A stretch of DNA of 64,000 nucleotides from a bacterium (GTDB lineage: Bacteria > UBA10199 > 2-02-FULL-50-16 > JAJFLM01). Both the position numbers and the translations under genes were made by a program. The stretch covers positions 64,001 to 128,000 of the forward strand of contig CBDCFN010000015.1 in NCBI GenBank assembly GCA_965216315.1, in the 5' to 3' direction. The notes below the pieces were generated by a model. That model was not told where the DNA came from. It did not search any database and saw only the letters and a program-made list of their open reading frames with translations. Below, piece by piece: positions 27,396-36,249 of the stretch (position 1 is its first letter; every line of letters starts with the position of its first letter).

Positions 27396-30061
27396 TGACG
27401 CAACAGCATGTCTATACATTCGGTGACGGCAAAGCCGATGGCCAAGCGGAAATGCGTAATCTCCTCGGCGGCAAGGGGGCTAACTTAGCCGAAATGAGTC
27501 TCCTGCAAATTCCCGTCCCACCCGGATTTACGATCAGCACCGACGTCTGCACTCTCTTCTATCAAAACGATCAAAATTATCCGGAAGGCCTCAAAGCGGA
27601 GGTCAATGCCGCCCTGGAAAAAATTGAAGCGAGTCTGGGGAGCCGCTTTGGAGATACAAAAAACCCCTTACTCGTTTCCGTGCGCTCGGGCTCTCGAGTC
27701 AGCATGCCGGGTATGATGGATACCGTCCTCAACCTCGGGCTTAACGATGAAACGGTTCTGGGCCTGGCGGAACAAAGCCAGGACCCACGTTTTGCTTTTG
27801 ATAGCTACCGACGCTTTATCCAGATGTATGGCAACGTCGTCCTCGGCCTCTCGGGGACCTATTTTGAACATGCTCTCGAGGAAATAAAAAAGCGGCGCAG
27901 CATCAATCTCGACACGGAACTGAAAGTTGAAGATCTGAAAGCCCTCGTAAAGAAATATAAGGAAATCATCGGCACACATCATAAGACATCGTTTCCCCAA
28001 GACCCTCACGAACAATTATGGGGGGCTATCACTGCGGTCTTTGGTTCCTGGCATAATAAGCGAGCGGTCGATTATCGCCGCATTAACAGCATCCCTGATC
28101 ATTGGGGCACAGCCGTTAATGTCCAGGCGATGGTCTTCGGCAATATGGGCGACGATTGCGGAACAGGCGTTGCATTCACGCGTGACCCCGCAACCGGCGA
28201 GAAAATCTTTTTTGGTGAATATCTTGTCAATGCGCAAGGTGAAGACGTCGTCGCCGGAATCCGAACCCCTCAACCCATCTGCCGTAAAGAAGGGCAGGCG
28301 GATGGGGTGCAAACGATGCAAGATGTCTTTCCTCAGGCCTACGAGACACTGGTCGATATCTATCAAAAACTAGAGGCTCATTATCGTGACATGCAGGACA
28401 TCGAATTCACGATTCAAAAAGGCAAGGTCTGGATGCTGCAAACGCGGACCGGTAAACGTACCGCCCAGGCCGCCGTAAAAATCGCCGTCGACATGGTCAA
28501 TGAAAAGTTGATTGAAGAGAAAGAAGCCGTGTTGCGCGTTTCTCCCGACCAACTTGATCAACTCCTTCATCCGCGGCTCGCCAAGGATGCCAACCGACAA
28601 GTTCTGACACGTGGGCTACCCGCCTCTCCGGGTGCAGCCGTCGGCAAAGTGAGCTTCAGCTCGGACGAAGCCGAACAACTGGCCAAAGCGGGGCAAAAAA
28701 TTATTCTCGTCCGGCTTGAGACCTCTCCGGAAGATATCCACGGCATGCATGTGGCGCAGGGCGTCCTCACGGCGCGAGGGGGAATGACATCGCATGCAGC
28801 AGTCGTCGCGCGGGGCATGGGCAAGTGCTGTGTTTCCGGCGCCGGTGATGTTCAGATCGACTATGAGAATCAACGCTTCTTTGTCGGTGATGAAGTCATC
28901 GTTGCCGGTGACTGGATTACCCTCGATGGATCAACCGGAGAAGTCATTAAGGGTCAGGTGGAAACGATACAGCCGGAACTCTCGGGCGACTTTGGCATCT
29001 TCATGGAATGGACAGATCGCTTTCGCCGCCTTAAAGTCCGTACCAACGCCGACACGCCTGAAGATTGCAAAACCGCCCGTTCGTTTGGTGCCGAGGGCAT
29101 CGGCCTCTGTCGAACTGAGCACATGTTTTTCGAACCGGATCGCATCGAAGCCGTGCGGCGCATGATTGTCGCCGATGATATTGATGCCCGCGAAAAAGCG
29201 TTGGCCGAGTTACTCCCTTTTCAAAAAAGCGACTTCAAGGCCATCTTTCGGGTCATGGCCGGCTTACCAGTCAATATTCGTCTCCTCGATCCGCCGCTGC
29301 ATGAATTTTTGCCGCATGAAAGCAAGGAAATCGAAGAGCTTGCCGCCAGCCTGAAAATCTCGCTCGATCACATGAAATCTTCTCTCGATGCCTTGTACGA
29401 AGCCAATCCCATGCTCGGTCATCGTGGCTGTCGTCTGGCGATCTCTCACCCGGAGATTTGTCGTATGCAGGTACGGGCCATCATGGAGGCCGCCTGCGAA
29501 CTCGTTAAGGAAGAATCTATCGAAGTCATCCCGGAAATTATGATTCCTCTCGTCGGCATTGATGAAGAACTCGCGCGCTTGCGCGAAGAAGCCAATAATG
29601 TCTGTCAAAAAGTCCTCATTGAGCAGGAGATTGAGATTGATTATCAAATTGGCACAATGATTGAGCTGCCGCGGGCCGCGCTCACGGCCGATGCCATCGC
29701 CAACCATGCGGACTTCTTTTCATTCGGCACCAATGACCTGACTCAAATGACCTTTGGAATCTCACGAGACGACGCCGGTAAATTTCTCCCCTACTATGTC
29801 GATACAGGTGTCATCCCCGCCGATCCCTTTTCTGTCCTTGATAAAAAGGGCGTAGGCCAGTTGATCAAAATGGGCTTTGAAAAAGGGCGCTCGACGAACA
29901 GTCAACTCAAAGTCGGAGTCTGCGGAGAGCATGGGGGCGAACAGGAATCCATCGCCTTCTTTCATGAACTTGGGTTGGACTACGTCAGTTGTTCCCCCTA
30001 TCGTGTCCCCGCAGCTCGCCTGGCTGCAGCCCATGCGAATCTGAAAGGTGAATCGCAATGA
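27395..30061 (+). CDS. ppdK: Pyruvate, phosphate dikinase
   Basis: LLGGKGANLAEM, SMPGMMDT, GGMTSHAAVVARG, EANPMLGHRGCRL, FSFGTNDL. Confidence 0.98.
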   Translation: MTQQHVYTFGDGKADGQAEMRNLLGGKGANLAEMSLLQIPVPPGFTISTDVCTLFYQNDQNYPEGLKAEVNAALEKIEASLGSRFGDTKNPLLVSVRSGSRVSMPGMMDTVLNLGLNDETVLGLAEQSQDPRFAFDSYRRFIQMYGNVVLGLSGTYFEHALEEIKKRRSINLDTELKVEDLKALVKKYKEIIGTHHKTSFPQDPHEQLWGAITAVFGSWHNKRAVDYRRINSIPDHWGTAVNVQAMVFGNMGDDCGTGVAFTRDPATGEKIFFGEYLVNAQGEDVVAGIRTPQPICRKEGQADGVQTMQDVFPQAYETLVDIYQKLEAHYRDMQDIEFTIQKGKVWMLQTRTGKRTAQAAVKIAVDMVNEKLIEEKEAVLRVSPDQLDQLLHPRLAKDANRQVLTRGLPASPGAAVGKVSFSSDEAEQLAKAGQKIILVRLETSPEDIHGMHVAQGVLTARGGMTSHAAVVARGMGKCCVSGAGDVQIDYENQRFFVGDEVIVAGDWITLDGSTGEVIKGQVETIQPELSGDFGIFMEWTDRFRRLKVRTNADTPEDCKTARSFGAEGIGLCRTEHMFFEPDRIEAVRRMIVADDIDAREKALAELLPFQKSDFKAIFRVMAGLPVNIRLLDPPLHEFLPHESKEIEELAASLKISLDHMKSSLDALYEANPMLGHRGCRLAISHPEICRMQVRAIMEAACELVKEESIEVIPEIMIPLVGIDEELARLREEANNVCQKVLIEQEIEIDYQIGTMIELPRAALTADAIANHADFFSFGTNDLTQMTFGISRDDAGKFLPYYVDTGVIPADPFSVLDKKGVGQLIKMGFEKGRSTNSQLKVGVCGEHGGEQESIAFFHELGLDYVSCSPYRVPAARLAAAHANLKGESQ

Positions 30062-31230
30062 AATATATTAAACGATGCCTCTCCCTACTGGCGTGCCTAA
30101 GCGTCTTGTCTTGTGCCGGTGACCCCTTGTTTGTCTCGATCGGCGACAACCTTTCGGGGCCGATTGCCATCGTGCTCGATACAGCGCGTTCCCGCGCTTA
30201 CGTCGTCAATTCCAATCTTAACGTCGCTTTTGAGGATACGAGCCTCATCACCTTAGACATTGCTGACCCGACCGCACCGACTATATTAGACATCAACAAC
30301 AATCCCTTTGAAGTTCCGGCATTATCGGGCCAGGCCTTCCTTGATGCCACGACCCAGCGCTTGTTCGTTACGAATCGCTTTTCCTCCAATAATAAAGACC
30401 TCATTGACAACCTCCTCGTTATCGATATGACGGAAGATGGTGATTTTGGCACGCTTCAAACCATTGAGGCCGGTGAAAACCCATTTGGCATTGCCTGTTG
30501 TGACAATCAAAATCGTTTCTATGTTGTTTCCGACGGTAACCTTGAGGTCTTCGACCTCGATGATCCAACGAGCAAAACCACGATCAGCCTCGAAATCACG
30601 GTCAGCAATGGCGACTCTTTTAGCGGCGACTCGACAACGCACATTGCCCTGCTTAACAATCAAGCTTTTTTAACAAATCGGGCCGGCATCATCTACGTCA
30701 TTAACACCGATAAAATCGATGGCAGTGGGCAGAACCCTATCGATTATCTTATTGCCAACATGAACGACTTGCGCGGCATTGTAAGCGATGGGACGAATCT
30801 CTACACGGTTGAAGTCGATTTCGAAGACGATGAAGTCACGCGCTTACGTTCCATCGATCTGACATCCGTTCCGCCGCTTGCCGATATCAGTGAAACGATT
30901 CTCCGCATCGACGTCGAAAACGATGGCGTTGAACGACAGACTTTAAGCGTCGGCCTCGAACCCCAAGAAATTTTACTCTTTAACAATCGCGCCTACGTGA
31001 CTAATGGTGACAGTGACAGCGTCACGGTCGTCGACATCACCGACCCGGCGAGCATGGCCACCATAACAACCATTGATCTGACGAGTGGCGGCTTTACAGC
31101 TAAGAATCCTTTTGGCATGGCAGCCGCCAACATCGGGGGCACGGACTATCTATTTGTCACCAATTTGGATTCCAACAACATCTCGATCATCGACGTCGCC
31201 AGCAACACGGTCGTCGCAAATTACCCTTAA
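30058..31230 (+). CDS. Lipoprotein with YVTN/YncE-type beta-propeller
   Basis: Lipobox VLSC; repeats RAYVVN, LFVTN, RAYVTNGDSDSVTVVD, LFVTNLDSNNISIID. Confidence 0.85.
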   Translation: MKYIKRCLSLLACLSVLSCAGDPLFVSIGDNLSGPIAIVLDTARSRAYVVNSNLNVAFEDTSLITLDIADPTAPTILDINNNPFEVPALSGQAFLDATTQRLFVTNRFSSNNKDLIDNLLVIDMTEDGDFGTLQTIEAGENPFGIACCDNQNRFYVVSDGNLEVFDLDDPTSKTTISLEITVSNGDSFSGDSTTHIALLNNQAFLTNRAGIIYVINTDKIDGSGQNPIDYLIANMNDLRGIVSDGTNLYTVEVDFEDDEVTRLRSIDLTSVPPLADISETILRIDVENDGVERQTLSVGLEPQEILLFNNRAYVTNGDSDSVTVVDITDPASMATITTIDLTSGGFTAKNPFGMAAANIGGTDYLFVTNLDSNNISIIDVASNTVVANYP

Positions 31231-31256
31231 AGTAAGAAATTTGGCCAAAGCACAGT

Positions 31257-31334
31257 TTGTCCACAGCTGTGGGTACCGGTTTCTCATAATGAGAATCGAG
31301 GGCTATCCCCAGCCTATCCACAGGCTTATCCCCT
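31257..31334. promoter_or_regulatory. Cluster of five DnaA-box-like 9-mers
   Basis: TTGTCCACA 31257, TGTGGGTAC 31268 (reverse), CTATCCCCA 31303, CTATCCACA 31314, TTATCCCCT 31326; 1-2 mismatches to TTATCCACA. Confidence 0.6.
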
Positions 31335-31365
31335 GATTTTCTCGCTCATGTCGCCGCGCTTTCAG

Positions 31366-32463
31366 TTAAGCACTTATTCTTTCCATCTCGGCATCATATT
31401 GAGGTGCAAGACGTGACCAATCGTACTGCAACATCGCCTGACTGAGTTGTTCGGTCTTATTCTGTCCCACGCTGTTCAACGCCCGCTCTAATCGATCAAT
31501 CAATTCCGTTTGTGAGGTATAAAAAACATTGTCATGAAACTCGGCCGGAATCAGTTCCGGATAGGCGAGTCGTTTGGGCAAGAGCGGCTGGCAACCGCAA
31601 TAAATCGCCTCGGCGACGCTCTCACCAAAAAATTCCTGGTTGGAAGTAACCGGCAATAGGTCCGCACGCCGGAGCCACTGCACATAGTCGGCCTTCGACG
31701 GGACATAGCCCCATTGTTCAATGTGATCACGAAACTCCTCTTGTGCACTGATGAAAACATCCGGAACGACGTCCGGTTGCTCCCCTAGAATCGCCAGGCC
31801 AAAATCATGTCCCCGTTGCTTCAGCGTGCGCAAGGCCACAAAAAAGGCGGCTGGATTTTTGTCATATTCCCAGCGGTGGTTCCAGAGGATGAGCGGCCGC
31901 TGATTCGTGCCCGGATCGCCTCCATCCAATGACTGTAAGTCGACACCCAAGCGCAAAATCGACGACTTGTTCCGTAACAATGCGACCGATTCACGGTCGT
32001 GATCATCAGGAAAAAAATTAAGCATCGCCTGCAACTCATTAAGAAACGAGTCACGGTTGTATGCGGAATTAAAGAAGAGCGCGTCTGCCGCCAATGCCGA
32101 CTGTAAATGAATCGCCCCCAAGAAAGCCTTTTGCGTCGTAATGTTGCGCTCTTTTTCCGACCAAGGATAAGAAAGTTGGTTCTCATGAAAGTAAATCGCC
32201 GTCGGCGTGCCGGCGGTTTTCTGTCGTGTCAGTGCCAAAAACGACGCCAAGTCGAGCATATCGGAGGCCAAGAGTAGATCCGCTTTGAGATCCTTTGCCA
32301 TAAATTCACGGGCCAGCGTCACAGCACCGTGTTGCATCCGCCACTTCCAGGCGCGACCCGGCAAGGTCAGTGTCGTCACATCGTGCTGGCTATACCGGAC
32401 ATAGCTCTCAATCCATTTCTGATGGGATCCGGTATAAAAGGGCTCGAGGATAAGGATTTTCAT
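31366..32463 (-). CDS. GT4-like glycosyltransferase with DUF3524 (GTDC1/QTMAN-like)
   Basis: EPFYTGSH, WKWRM, YFHENQLSYP, LWNHRWEYDKNP, EFFG..EA. Start ATG 32463. Confidence 0.85.
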   Translation of the reverse strand: MKILILEPFYTGSHQKWIESYVRYSQHDVTTLTLPGRAWKWRMQHGAVTLAREFMAKDLKADLLLASDMLDLASFLALTRQKTAGTPTAIYFHENQLSYPWSEKERNITTQKAFLGAIHLQSALAADALFFNSAYNRDSFLNELQAMLNFFPDDHDRESVALLRNKSSILRLGVDLQSLDGGDPGTNQRPLILWNHRWEYDKNPAAFFVALRTLKQRGHDFGLAILGEQPDVVPDVFISAQEEFRDHIEQWGYVPSKADYVQWLRRADLLPVTSNQEFFGESVAEAIYCGCQPLLPKRLAYPELIPAEFHDNVFYTSQTELIDRLERALNSVGQNKTEQLSQAMLQYDWSRLAPQYDAEMERISA

Positions 32464-32521
32464 CGCTCCATGCTTCGTAGCCGAGAAAACCGGATGAAAC
32501 AAGGGCCTGCCCCTGCTCCTC

Positions 32522-32584
32522 TTATCCACAAGATATCCACAAGATATAGTAGGTCGGGAAGCGAGGAACCACTATCCCTTGGGT
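32522..32584 (+). promoter_or_regulatory. Two DnaA boxes plus tandem NrdR-box-like sites upstream of smc
   Basis: TTATCCACA 32522, ATATCCACA 32533; CCACAAGATATAGTAG 32537 and CCACTATCCCTTGGGT 32569 (32-bp spacing). Confidence 0.6.
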
Positions 32585-32667
32585 TTTTTGCCCTTTACAC
32601 ACTTTAACCGCTTATGCTAGCGTTTTGAGCAACAAATTCACCTCAAAAACGATTACTTAGGCCTCTT

Positions 32668-35600
32668 ATGAGGATAAAGAAGCTCGAGCTGCAAGGCTTC
32701 AAATCTTTCGTCGATCCGACGATCATCGACTTTGACCTCCCTATCGTGGGGATAGTGGGCCCGAACGGCTGCGGCAAATCCAATGTCGTCGATGCCATTC
32801 GCTGGGTCATGGGCGAAATGTCCGCCAAACACCTTCGTGGTAAGGCGATGGAAGACGTGATTTTCAATGGGTCTTCCAACCGGGCTCCACTTGGCATGTC
32901 GAGCGTCTCGCTGACCTTCTCCACCGAAGACGGCATGGTGCCCCCGCAGTACAGCGGCTTCACCGAAGTCACCGTCACGCGGCGTCTCTACCGTTCCGGC
33001 GAAAGTGACTACATGATCAACAAGGTTCCGTGCCGCCTCCGCGACATACTCGATCTTTTTCTAGGAACGGGGGCCGGGACCAAGGCCTACTCCATCATCG
33101 CGCAAGGACAGGTCGATTTTGCGATCAATGCCAAACCGGAAGACAGACGCCGTCTCATCGAAGAAGCCGCAGGGATCTCTAAGTTTAAAACCCGGCGGGA
33201 TGCGGCCGTGCGCCGCATGGAATCGACGCAAAACAACTTATTGCGCTTAGGTGACATCCTCGCCGAGATTAGACGTCAAATTCGTTCCTTAGAACGCCAA
33301 GTCAAAAAAGCGGAGCGGTACAATCGTTATCGCTCCGAACTTCGCGAACTCGACCTTTATCTCTCCTCCAAGAATTACCTACAAAAACAGTGCGAACAAG
33401 GGGAGATGAACGACCTCTTAAAGGAATGGAGCGGAAAGGAAACGACCGCACATAATTCGCTAACGACGCTGGAAACAGACCTTGAAAAAGAACGTCTCGA
33501 ATTGACGGAGAAAGAAACCGAACTGTCGCGTTTTCAAGAACAGATTTTTGAAGTCAGCAATCGATTGCAACTCGCACGAACTCAACAAGAATATAAGGGC
33601 CGTGAAGTCACAACCCTGCAAGAACAATCCACGCGTTGGAAACAAGAATGCGAAGACGCCCGAGAACGAATTCGGATTGTCAATGAAGAGTTGACAGCAC
33701 GACAAGCCGACGCAGGATCATTTGAAGAAATGACTCAGCAGGCCCGAGAAGCCTTAAACGCCGCTGACGCTGCCTGGAAAAAAGCTCAACAAGAACGACA
33801 GGAAAAAGTCGGTCTGCTCGAAAAATGCCGCGAAACCATTACTTCTTATGGACAGAGCTTGGCAACCCTAGAAAGCCGTTATCATGCGGCGCAACAACAG
33901 CTACCGAGTCTCGAGACTCGGCTGAGCCAGGCAGAAAGTGAATGCAATAAGATTAAAACCCAGACAGAAGAAGCGGCTCGCACTATTCAGGAAACGGAAG
34001 AAACATTAGCAACCCTTACAGGTCAGCATACAACAATGCAGCAACACCGCAGTGAATTAGAAACAAAATTCAATGACGGAACCCGCATTCGTGAAGAAAA
34101 ACAGTATGAGCTAACGAGTATACAGGAAGAACTCGTCAATAAACGTTCGCGGCTGCGTTCACTGGTGGAATTAGAAAAGAGTTTGGAAGGATATGGCGAA
34201 GGGGTTCGCTCCATCCTGAAGACACGGCGGGGCAAAGGGATCCATGGACTCGTCGCGGATGCCATCGAAGCCACTCCGGAATATGAAGCCGCCCTCGTCG
34301 CCGCGCTTGGTGAAAAACTCCAGTACATTATTGTTGAGAGTCAGGAACAAGGACTCGAAGCGATCGACTATCTTAAAAAAGAGGCCGGTGGCCGTTCAAG
34401 CTTTCTTCCTAAAGAAGTCAAGACACAGTCTCATCCCCTGCCTGATGCAGGCACCGGCATTATCGGTCCCTTACGTCGCTTTGTGCAGCTTAAACCCGAG
34501 TTCGCTCAACTAGCCGACTACCTCTTCGGAGATGTCCTGCTCGTCGAAGATTTAGAGACGGCGATTGGCCTCTGGGAAAGTGGCCACCAGTCGCTTCGCT
34601 GCGTCACTCTCAGCGGAGACCGGGTCGATCCTTCGGGCGTGATCGCCGGAGGACGCCCTGGCAAGGGATCTAGTAATGTCCTCGCTAAACGCCGCGAAAT
34701 TGAAGAATTGCGCCGTGAGGTCGTCCGCCTCGAACAAGAGATCGGACTCAAAGACGACTCAGTCAGCCAACTGGAAGGGACGCTCTCCGGCATTGAACTC
34801 GAACGAAAGGCCCTGGAACAAGAGTGGCAAACAATCGAAGTCAATAAAGCCAAACTTGAACAAGATCTTTCTCACCGCAAAGATATGAAGCAGCGTTTTG
34901 ACGAACAGATAGCCGCCCTTCAGGCAAACATCGGTGAGTTGCGTAAAGATATTTCAATAAATAAAGAGAGCCAAGCCGAGCTGGAGCAAAAACAGACTGA
35001 AAACAAAGATCAGACCGCTGAGCAACAAGCACGTCTTTTCAAGGTCCAAGAGGAAGTCAGTACAAGCGATGAGCTTGTCAATACCAAGCATGAAGCCTTA
35101 ACGGAGGCTAAGGTCCGCATGTCATCCGTTCAAGAGCGAGAACAAGCCTATCGTGCTGACCTGGCGCGACTTGAAAGCACTAAAACGGACTTGAATGAGC
35201 GCATTGAAACCCGGACTCACGAAATTAAAGAGGCAGCTGACAAGGTAACGCAGCTCCAACAAGATCTCGAGGGCCTAGCCAAGCAGATCACAACGGAAAC
35301 GGCGTCCAGCGATGAGCTCAAAAAAGCACAGGCGGAAATCCAAGAAATTTTCAACCGCAAGCGGACCGTCCTCCAGGAACATGAATTGAGGGTACGTGAT
35401 TTTCGCAAGCAACTTGATCTGGCCAAAGAGCATACCTCAGATCTCAAAATTTCGCTGACCCGACTCGAAGGAGAGGTTAATTATTTAACCGGACAGATGA
35501 GCGAAAAATATTCCGTTATCCTCCCCGACATCGCTGGGGAATGGTGTGACAAGGTTCCCGAGTGCGAGGACCCGGACACGCGTGCAACAGAGCTCCGCGA

Positions 35601-36240
35601 AAAACTCGACAAAATGGGCCCCGTCAACATGGAAGCCATCCCTGAATTCGAAGATCTCCAGGAACGTGAGGTCTTTTTAACAGAGCAATATAGCGATCTC
35701 GAAGTCTCCATTGAAAATCTTCACAAAGTCATCCGCAAGATTAACCAGACGACTCGCCAACGTTTCGAAGAAACTTTCAAACTCGTTCAAGAAAAATTTA
35801 CTCAGGTCTTCCCGCGACTCTTTAAAGGCGGCCGGGCTGAATTACGCTTGGAAGACCCGAATGACATGCTCAACACCGGCGTCCAGCTCATGGTCCAACC
35901 GCCAGGAAAACGCCTGTCCCATATTTCATTGTTATCGGGGGGGGAGAAGGCGCTGTCGGCGGTCGCTTTCATCTTCTCAATCTTTCTCGTCAAGCCGTCA
36001 CCGTTCTGCATCCTCGACGAAGTCGATGCCCCCTTGGATGATGCCAACACGCGCCGTTTCCACAAACTCATCCAGGACATGACGGATCGGACTCAATTCA
36101 TCCTGATCACGCATAACAAGATCACGATGGAAATCTGCAACAGCCTCTTCGGCGTCACGATGCAGGAACCGGGTGTCTCTAAAATCGTCTCCGTCCACCT
36201 CGATAAGGTCGACGAAATGCCTAGAGCCGCTTCGGCGTAA
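32668..36240 (+). CDS. smc: Chromosome segregation protein SMC
   Basis: GFKSF, GPNGCGKSN, coiled coils, hinge, LSGGEKAL, ILDEVDAPLD. Confidence 0.97.
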   Translation: MRIKKLELQGFKSFVDPTIIDFDLPIVGIVGPNGCGKSNVVDAIRWVMGEMSAKHLRGKAMEDVIFNGSSNRAPLGMSSVSLTFSTEDGMVPPQYSGFTEVTVTRRLYRSGESDYMINKVPCRLRDILDLFLGTGAGTKAYSIIAQGQVDFAINAKPEDRRRLIEEAAGISKFKTRRDAAVRRMESTQNNLLRLGDILAEIRRQIRSLERQVKKAERYNRYRSELRELDLYLSSKNYLQKQCEQGEMNDLLKEWSGKETTAHNSLTTLETDLEKERLELTEKETELSRFQEQIFEVSNRLQLARTQQEYKGREVTTLQEQSTRWKQECEDARERIRIVNEELTARQADAGSFEEMTQQAREALNAADAAWKKAQQERQEKVGLLEKCRETITSYGQSLATLESRYHAAQQQLPSLETRLSQAESECNKIKTQTEEAARTIQETEETLATLTGQHTTMQQHRSELETKFNDGTRIREEKQYELTSIQEELVNKRSRLRSLVELEKSLEGYGEGVRSILKTRRGKGIHGLVADAIEATPEYEAALVAALGEKLQYIIVESQEQGLEAIDYLKKEAGGRSSFLPKEVKTQSHPLPDAGTGIIGPLRRFVQLKPEFAQLADYLFGDVLLVEDLETAIGLWESGHQSLRCVTLSGDRVDPSGVIAGGRPGKGSSNVLAKRREIEELRREVVRLEQEIGLKDDSVSQLEGTLSGIELERKALEQEWQTIEVNKAKLEQDLSHRKDMKQRFDEQIAALQANIGELRKDISINKESQAELEQKQTENKDQTAEQQARLFKVQEEVSTSDELVNTKHEALTEAKVRMSSVQEREQAYRADLARLESTKTDLNERIETRTHEIKEAADKVTQLQQDLEGLAKQITTETASSDELKKAQAEIQEIFNRKRTVLQEHELRVRDFRKQLDLAKEHTSDLKISLTRLEGEVNYLTGQMSEKYSVILPDIAGEWCDKVPECEDPDTRATELREKLDKMGPVNMEAIPEFEDLQEREVFLTEQYSDLEVSIENLHKVIRKINQTTRQRFEETFKLVQEKFTQVFPRLFKGGRAELRLEDPNDMLNTGVQLMVQPPGKRLSHISLLSGGEKALSAVAFIFSIFLVKPSPFCILDEVDAPLDDANTRRFHKLIQDMTDRTQFILITHNKITMEICNSLFGVTMQEPGVSKIVSVHLDKVDEMPRAASA

Positions 36241-36249
36241 CCGAGACCT

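Noticed and set aside
31231..32660. Definite oriC call
   Set aside because: DnaA boxes are present but there is no dnaA/dnaN, clear unwinding element or DnaA-trio run; kept only as a DnaA-box finding.
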